Assembly: GCA_963676915.2 (NCBI GenBank) | Contig: CAXXVK010000060.1 | Location: forward strand, 32,001 to 96,000 | Direction: 5' to 3' | DNA: 64,000 nt | Origin: Myxococcota bacterium | Lineage (GTDB): Bacteria > Myxococcota_A > SURF-8 > G963663525 | Shown: positions 58,364 through 64,000 of the stretch, in pieces | Position numbering within the stretch: position 1 is the first letter of the stretch | Layout of the letters: each line of letters begins with the position of its first letter | Program-made: the position numbers and the translations under genes | Notes under the pieces: generated by a model | What the model saw: the letters and a program-made list of their open reading frames with translations, nothing else | Databases searched by the model: none | What the model was told of the DNA's origin: nothing

Positions 58364-59520
58364 TCAGTGTACCGGTCCGAAAGCGTCCATCGCGAAATCT
58401 TCGCGGACCAGGAAATCCTGCATCGCTTCGGTGATGAAGTAATCCCCCGATCGTGTTACCCATACCACCGGAAGCCAGGGCATCGTATTTTGAGCCAGGG
58501 TACCTCCGGCTCTCGCTCCCAGGATGAACATGGCGTAGGCGTAGGCTTGCGCCCGCACGGGATCTTGGTTGAGCACCGTGGCGCTCCAGCTTAACTGGCT
58601 GGGAACGCCGGTAAGCACGTCGAACACTTCGTGGTATCGAAATCCTTTGTCCGAAAAATGCGGTCCGTTGTCGTCCCAGGAGGCGACCGTTCCCGACGTT
58701 AGCGCGAACCTGGAAAACGCCATGCCCTCTTTTCGGGGGTGCGGAACCTCGACCGTCCACGGTCCTTCCGGGCCTTTGCCTTCGACACTCACCACCCGCC
58801 CGATACGGAACGCCCACTCCTGCGTTCCGGCGTCTTTGAGCAACTCCATTGCCAGTTTCGCCGCCAGCGCGTCGAGAATCGGCCAGAGGTCGAGCGTCAT
58901 TCCCGGTTCGGTGAAGGCGACGGTCCCTTTTTCCTCGTCGATCGCCAGATGGTTCCAGCCCGAGGATTTCAGCGCCGTTTGCAACGCTTCGGGAGGCAGA
59001 ACCTCTTTCGTGCCGTCTGGAAAGATTCCAGGCCGTACGGACGGCGCCGAGCGTCAGGTCCACTTGGCCCCGAGTGCGCTCAGGAAACCTTTTTGACCGA
59101 CAGGATTTCATCCAGCAGCCATTTTTCCACCTTGACCGGCCCTTTCGCAGCCTCCAGGTTGATGCGGCCCAGCGTTCCTTCCCCAACGGGATCGAGATCG
59201 TTGATGCGTTTGCGGATCATTTGAAACCAGGTGTTGGCAAACGTTTCGAACAATTTCGTCATGTCGCCCACGAGAATCAACGAGCAGGGCTTGCCGTCCA
59301 TTTTCCAATGGCGCTTGAAATGGGGTCTGGGCGGCGGCTTGACGCTTTCGGCTTTCTCCTTGACCTTTTGGACAATCTCCGGCTCGGTTCCTTCGGGCCG
59401 CCAGGGCTGGAGAATCATCAGGTAAGCCAGAATCGCGCCGACTACCAGGGTAACCATCAAAAAGCGCTGCTCTTTGGGAACGGGACGACGTCCCGATTGG
59501 GGACTGCGAACGCGGGCCAT
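58364..59520 (-). pseudogene. ApbE-like (FAD:protein FMN transferase fold) membrane protein, divergent, with two +1 frameshifts
   Basis: LGRIN..A..GPVKV, then TRGQVDLTLGAV..AW, then PGMTLDL, GPWTVEVPHP, YHEVFDVLTG across three frames; shifts at about 59082-59087 and 59021-59023. Confidence 0.68.
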
Positions 59521-59534
59521 TCATCGCACCTTTC

Positions 59535-60453
59535 TTAGAGTCGGTCCAGCCAATGGGCGTATTTTTCGTTTTGCCCATGGACGCAGCCGAAGTACTCTTT
59601 CTGAATCTTCTGCGTGACCGGTCCCGGTTTGCCGCTTCCGACGGGCCTGCGGTCGATTTCGCTGACCGGGGTGATTTCCGCTGCCGTGCCGGTAAGGAAC
59701 ATTTCGTCGCAGATGTAGAGGAAATCGCGGGTAAACAGCTCTTTTCGGACCTCGATACCGGCTTCTTTGAGCAGTTGCATGGTGCAATCCCGCGTGAACC
59801 CCGGAAGAATCGGCGAAGAGTCGGGCGGAGTAAAGACCACGCCGTCTTTGACTACGAAAATGTTTCTCGCCCGAACCTTCCGCCACGTAGCCGTGGGTAT
59901 CGAGCATAATGGCTTCATGGTAGCCGTGAGCCTGGGCTTCACGCTTGGCGAGTACGCCGGTAACATACTGACCGCCGATCTTGGCCCGGATCATCGAAAT
60001 GTTGGGATGATGGCGGTTGTAGGTGGAAACGTGTACTTTCACGCCGTTGTTGAGGGCGTCGTCTCCAAGGTATGCACCCCATGGCCAGGCGGCGATCATC
60101 ACCGAGGTGGGGTTGTCGGCGAACAAGCCCATAGCTCCCACGCCGGTCCAGGCCAGCGGACGGATATAGCATTCATCCAACTCGTTCGCCCGAACGGTTT
60201 CCAGCACGATATCGCAGAGTTCGTCCACGCCGTATTTGGGTTGCAGTTGAAGAATCCGGCAGGAATCGATAAAGCGGGTCATGTGGTCTTTCAGGCGGAA
60301 AATCGCCCCGCCGCCACTGGAGAGTTTGTAAGCTCGAATCCCTTCGTACACCGACGTTCCATAATGCAGTCCATGGGTGAGTACGTGCACGTTCGCCTCG
60401 TCCCAATTCAGCATTTCACCGTCCAACCAGATCTTTTTTCCCTTGGGGACCAT
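59535..60453 (-). CDS. ilvE: Branched-chain amino acid aminotransferase; one apparent +1 frameshift at 59863-59865 (probable sequencing error)
   Basis: LHYGTSVYEGIRAY, CYIRP, AKIGGQY, EGSGE|NIF, ILPGFTR, EMFLTGTAAEITPV. Confidence 0.92.
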
Positions 60454-60652
60454 GGTTTTACCTCCAACGCGTTTTTTTAATGCCTGTTTCGAATGATTTT
60501 CTTCAATTTTTACAACACTTCAAACCGGGAAGCCAGAGCAAAAAAACGTGAGATTCCCGGTTGTGAGAACGCAGATTCACAATCTCCTTTCTTTTCCATT
60601 GGATGCCGACATCGCACGAAACGGACGCCGTTTTCGTTTTCGGCACCGAATT

Positions 60653-61033
60653 TCACGGTTTCCAGCCCTGCTTTTTCAACGTTCCGACCACATCCGCCGG
60701 TTCGTATGTTTCCGGTTTGATGAATTTCCCCGCCTCGTTGAACGCGCCGCCCACTTTCGTCATGTTCGAACGATGCACTTCGGACAACACGGCGTCGATG
60801 TCGATGCCCGCACGGAAACTCAGTTGGGTCACGACGACGATCAGGTCTGCCACGGCGTCGGCGATTTCCACGAGATCCCCCGCTGCCACGGCACGCGCCA
60901 ACTCGCCGCGTTCCTCGTCGATCAGCGCCAGGCATTCGAGCATGCTTTGCCGGGAAGGCAGGGCAGGCGTCTCGGGTTTCTTCGCGCCCATCACCTCGGT
61001 ACGGAATTCGTCGATCTTTTTCAGGTTGAACAT
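60653..61033 (-). CDS. MazG-like (PRA-PH-like) nucleoside triphosphate pyrophosphohydrolase
   Basis: LIDEERGEL, EIADAVADL, EVHRSNMTK, GKFIKP; ATG behind AAGGAG. Confidence 0.88.
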   Translation of the reverse strand: MFNLKKIDEFRTEVMGAKKPETPALPSRQSMLECLALIDEERGELARAVAAGDLVEIADAVADLIVVVTQLSFRAGIDIDAVLSEVHRSNMTKVGGAFNEAGKFIKPETYEPADVVGTLKKQGWKP

Positions 61034-61136
61034 TGTCTCTCCTTGTGTCACTATGGGGTACCTTTTACGGATCATCCTCGAAAAATCATCTTTGGGTCGT
61101 TGATTCCCTTTTACCATTTCCCTAAGGAGGGGCAAG

Positions 61137-62564
61137 GTGAAACAGGCTTTGATCGAACTTTTAGGCGAAGAACGCGTGCTAACCGATGAAAATTCCATGG
61201 CCGACTACCGTGAGGATCGCACGGAAATCGAGGGTGCCGACCCCGGTTTCGTGGTGTTTCCCACAACAGCGGAAGAGATTCAGGCCATCGTAAAGCTTTG
61301 TAATGAAAAGAAAATTCCAATCACACCCCGCGTGGCGGGAACCAATATCGGTGGGTTGTCGATTCCTTCTCCCGGCGGTCTGGTGATGGACCTGACCCGG
61401 ATGAACCGTATCCTGGAGTGCGATGTGGACGAAATGGTGGCGGTGATCGAACCCGGCGTCACCCAACAGGATCTGAAAGACTACATTGTCAAGAACAACC
61501 TGCCGCTAGCCACCGGGTTTTCCCTCGCGCCGCCCTATACTTCCGTATTGGCCAATGCCCTGTTGGGTGGTTTGACCAACCGCTCGCTCAAGTACGGCAG
61601 CATGGACGACTGGATCTCCGGGCTGGAAATGGTGCTGCCGGACGGCAGGATGATGCGAACCGGCGCCTGGGCCGCCGGAGCCAAACCCTTCGCCCAAGTG
61701 CCCATGCCCGGTTTGACGGGATTGTTCACGGGATGGCAGGGAACGACGGGAATCTGCACGAAAATGGCCTATCAACTCTGGCCGAGCCACCCGTACAACA
61801 AGCGGCTGTTTATTCTTACGTATTCGGCCAAGGCGACGTTCGCCGCCATGCTGCGCCTGACCCGCCTGGAGTTGCTCGACGACATCGGCGGGCTGAGCTG
61901 GCCTTCGGGAAAAATGATGATGGGCGTGCAGCATCCCAACCCGAAAGTCGACGATACCGAGCCGAAATATTTCCTGTACATCGACCTTACCGCCGAGAGT
62001 GCCGAGGAAATGAAGATCAAGGAAAAAACCGTCGGTCGGGTGATCGATGCCCTGGGGACGACCCTCAACGAGCGTTACGAAAAACCGCTGGACGTGGCTA
62101 CGCTGGTCAAGGTCAATCCGGCGATGCGTCCGTTTGCCGATTTCCCCACCGACCTGAAATTTCTCACCGAGCATCCCGGCGGCGGACTGACCTGGATCGG
62201 CACCTACGGTCCTCTCAGTCGCGCCACCGAGGCGGCGGAAGTCTGCGAAAACCTGATGATCGAGCGCGGCTTTCCACCCATCGTCGTGTCTCGCCCCATG
62301 CGAGGAGGTCATTTCATGGTGCTGCGCTTCATCGCCACATTCGACAAGAAGAGCGAGGAGGACGTGGCGAACGTCCGGGCGTTGAACGCCGAGTTGCTTG
62401 ACGTACTCACCGAACGTGGGTACATCATGTACAAAACACCGATCTGGGCGTTGGAAAAGCTGAAAAGCCGAATCGATCCCGGCATGTTGGAAACCATGCG
62501 TAACATCAAAACGCTATTGGACCCCAACGGCATTATGAATCCCGGAAAATGGCTGCTAGACTGA
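61137..62564 (+). CDS. FAD-binding oxidoreductase (VAO/PCMH-type fold)
   Basis: VVFP..AEEIQAIVK, GTNIGG, DLTRMNRI, IEPGVT, GLEMVLPDG, GTTGICTK, DPNGIMNPGK; lacks the GlcD-type GEHG; GTG start with strong RBS. Confidence 0.9.
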   Translation: MKQALIELLGEERVLTDENSMADYREDRTEIEGADPGFVVFPTTAEEIQAIVKLCNEKKIPITPRVAGTNIGGLSIPSPGGLVMDLTRMNRILECDVDEMVAVIEPGVTQQDLKDYIVKNNLPLATGFSLAPPYTSVLANALLGGLTNRSLKYGSMDDWISGLEMVLPDGRMMRTGAWAAGAKPFAQVPMPGLTGLFTGWQGTTGICTKMAYQLWPSHPYNKRLFILTYSAKATFAAMLRLTRLELLDDIGGLSWPSGKMMMGVQHPNPKVDDTEPKYFLYIDLTAESAEEMKIKEKTVGRVIDALGTTLNERYEKPLDVATLVKVNPAMRPFADFPTDLKFLTEHPGGGLTWIGTYGPLSRATEAAEVCENLMIERGFPPIVVSRPMRGGHFMVLRFIATFDKKSEEDVANVRALNAELLDVLTERGYIMYKTPIWALEKLKSRIDPGMLETMRNIKTLLDPNGIMNPGKWLLD

Positions 62565-62614
62565 GGCAATTTATTAGCTTGAATCGTCTTTTCTGTATGG
62601 TGGGTCCATGGAGA

Positions 62615-62676
62615 GATGGAGCAGGATTGTATCCTGCTCCTAAACGTTCCTGTTCAGGTTACAAACCTGAACCATC
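62615..62676. repeat. GATG-family REP doublet with two different arms
   Basis: GATGGAGCAGGATTGTATCCTGCTCC and inverted GATGGTTCAGGTTTGTAACCTGAAC. Confidence 0.78.
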
Positions 62677-62689
62677 GAAAGAGATACAG

Positions 62690-62702
62690 TAAGTCGTTGA
62701 TT
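62690..62702 (-). promoter_or_regulatory. IHF consensus site
   Basis: TAAGTCGTTGATT is the reverse complement of AATCAA-CGAC-TTA (WATCAA-N4-TTR). Confidence 0.5.
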
Positions 62703-62737
62703 ATTCAAGGCGTAGATTTATCCAAGGCATACCCTGC

Positions 62738-63265
62738 ATGATCGATTTGCAGCGACCTAGTACAAAATTTGTACAGTCCTACCTGGATTCTATTGCCGAG
62801 ATGCACACCCTTGGGGAAACTATTTGGGAGGGATGGGTGCCACAAGCAGGGGAATCGCCTTTGGATTTCGTGCAGCGTCTTTTGCAGGGCGAACATAACC
62901 CTCATCACGGCCTGGTTTCGTCGTCGGTCTACTGGGCTGTGAGCAATGGAAATGTCGTCGGACGAATCGATTTGCGCCACCATTTGAACGAGAGTTTGGA
63001 AGAGTTTGGGGGACATATCGGTTACGAGGTCCGTCCCTCGTTCCGGCGAAAAGGGATCGGGAAGGAAATGCTTCATCAACTCCTCAAACTACCCCGAGCT
63101 AAAACTATCGGTCGTTTACTCCTGACTTGCTCGCCTGATAATATTGCGTCGAATAAAACCATCATTGCCAATGGTGGAGTGCTTGATCGAACGGCCTTCG
63201 TGGAAAAGTGGCAGCGTTGGACGAATTACTACTGGATCGAATTATGTGAAACACAAGACTTTTAA
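62738..63265 (+). CDS. GNAT-family acetyltransferase
   Basis: VGRIDLRHHLN, GGHIGYEVRPSFRRKGIG, LLTC..DNIASNKTIIANGG. Confidence 0.9.
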   Translation: MIDLQRPSTKFVQSYLDSIAEMHTLGETIWEGWVPQAGESPLDFVQRLLQGEHNPHHGLVSSSVYWAVSNGNVVGRIDLRHHLNESLEEFGGHIGYEVRPSFRRKGIGKEMLHQLLKLPRAKTIGRLLLTCSPDNIASNKTIIANGGVLDRTAFVEKWQRWTNYYWIELCETQDF

Positions 63266-63380
63266 AGAAATATTCGAAAATGTCTACGATCCTCTTCCAG
63301 AAAGATATTGAGGTTTTGCAATTGGCTTGCATCTTTTGATATATTTCTTGGGAGATTGTCCCTTTGAAGGAGCATAACCT

Positions 63381-64000
63381 ATGGATTTGGATGGAAAAAT
63401 CGCGATTGTTACCGGAGCTTCCAGCGGTTTCGGTCGCCTGATCGCTTTAAAACTCGGTGCCCGTGGCGTGCATGTGGTGCTGATTGCCCGGCGAGAAGAA
63501 AAACTGCACGAGGTTGAGCAGGAAATAAAAAACTCCGGTGGAGACGCCGAGGTTTATCCTTTGGATGTGGGCGATAGCGAGGCCGTGGAATCGGCCTGCA
63601 ACGTGTTGCTGGAACGGCACGATTGCATCGATATTCTGGTCAACAACGCCGGATACGGATTGTATATGGCCACCGAAAAGTGCTCGGTCACCGAAGCGCG
63701 GCGTATGATGGATGTCAATTATTTCGGGCCGATCACCTTCATCAAGACGCTGTTGCCGCATTTGTACCGACGAGGATCGGGGCATATCGTCAACGTGGCG
63801 TCGTCGATCGCTCAGGGACCATTACCGTCGATGACCGACTACACAGCTTCCAAATGTGCCCTGGCCGGATTCACCGACGCCCTTTGGGGTGAAGCGCGAC
63901 GATACGGGGTTCGGGTGAGTCTCGTCAACCCCGGGCCGTCGAAGACGGGATTTTTCGACAACGAGGGCTTCGACGAAATACCCGACTTCGGACCGCTCAT
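63381..64000 (+). CDS. Short-chain dehydrogenase/reductase, 3'-partial (absent from the ORF track)
   Basis: AAGGAG RBS; MDLDGKIAIVTGASSGFG, DILVNNAG, YTASK, NPGP; runs off the window end. Confidence 0.92.
   Translation, partial: MDLDGKIAIVTGASSGFGRLIALKLGARGVHVVLIARREEKLHEVEQEIKNSGGDAEVYPLDVGDSEAVESACNVLLERHDCIDILVNNAGYGLYMATEKCSVTEARRMMDVNYFGPITFIKTLLPHLYRRGSGHIVNVASSIAQGPLPSMTDYTASKCALAGFTDALWGEARRYGVRVSLVNPGPSKTGFFDNEGFDEIPDFGPL

Noticed and set aside
59860-59870. Programmed ribosomal frameshift in ilvE
   Set aside because: No slippery heptamer or stimulator; it lies in a cluster of similar indels that look like sequencing errors
63264-63380. Integron attC after the GNAT gene
   Set aside because: No RYYYAAC/GTTRRRY core pair and no integrase

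Overview
A 64-kb chromosomal window from a moderately GC-rich bacterium. The gene set (DUF6178-like protein, PxxKW Cys-rich protein, MXAN_5808-type S41 protease, DUF2330 protein with a MYXO-CTERM-like tail, many Cys-rich lipoproteins) points to a deltaproteobacterial/Myxococcota-like lineage; this is an inference. Content is mostly housekeeping: a RecQ helicase open at the window edge, pgeF, a partial complex I cluster nuoEFG-JKLMN, a porin, an MCP, trkH, polA, an extended PilT, mltF, tamB, tgt, pdxST, a DEAD-box helicase and ilvE. I saw no rRNA, tRNA, CRISPR array, transposase or prophage. The most unusual signal is non-coding. (1) A 202-bp MITE occurs twice (16070-16271, 36966-37167) with 26-bp TIRs and a 9-bp TSD, and its cargo is a perfectly conserved GTAG-type REP doublet. 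A third lone TIR of the same element sits beside a different REP doublet. (2) Three further REP/REPIN-like families occur, including heterodimeric GATG doublets and a family with an IHF-like core. Notable proteins are an H-NS-like coiled-coil + RAMA-like small protein, a PilT with a duplicated N-domain, a GC-mosaic surface protein and three apparent pseudoenzymes. Five single-base frameshifts in short homopolymers are probably sequencing errors. All family assignments are by-eye motif recognition, not database searches.
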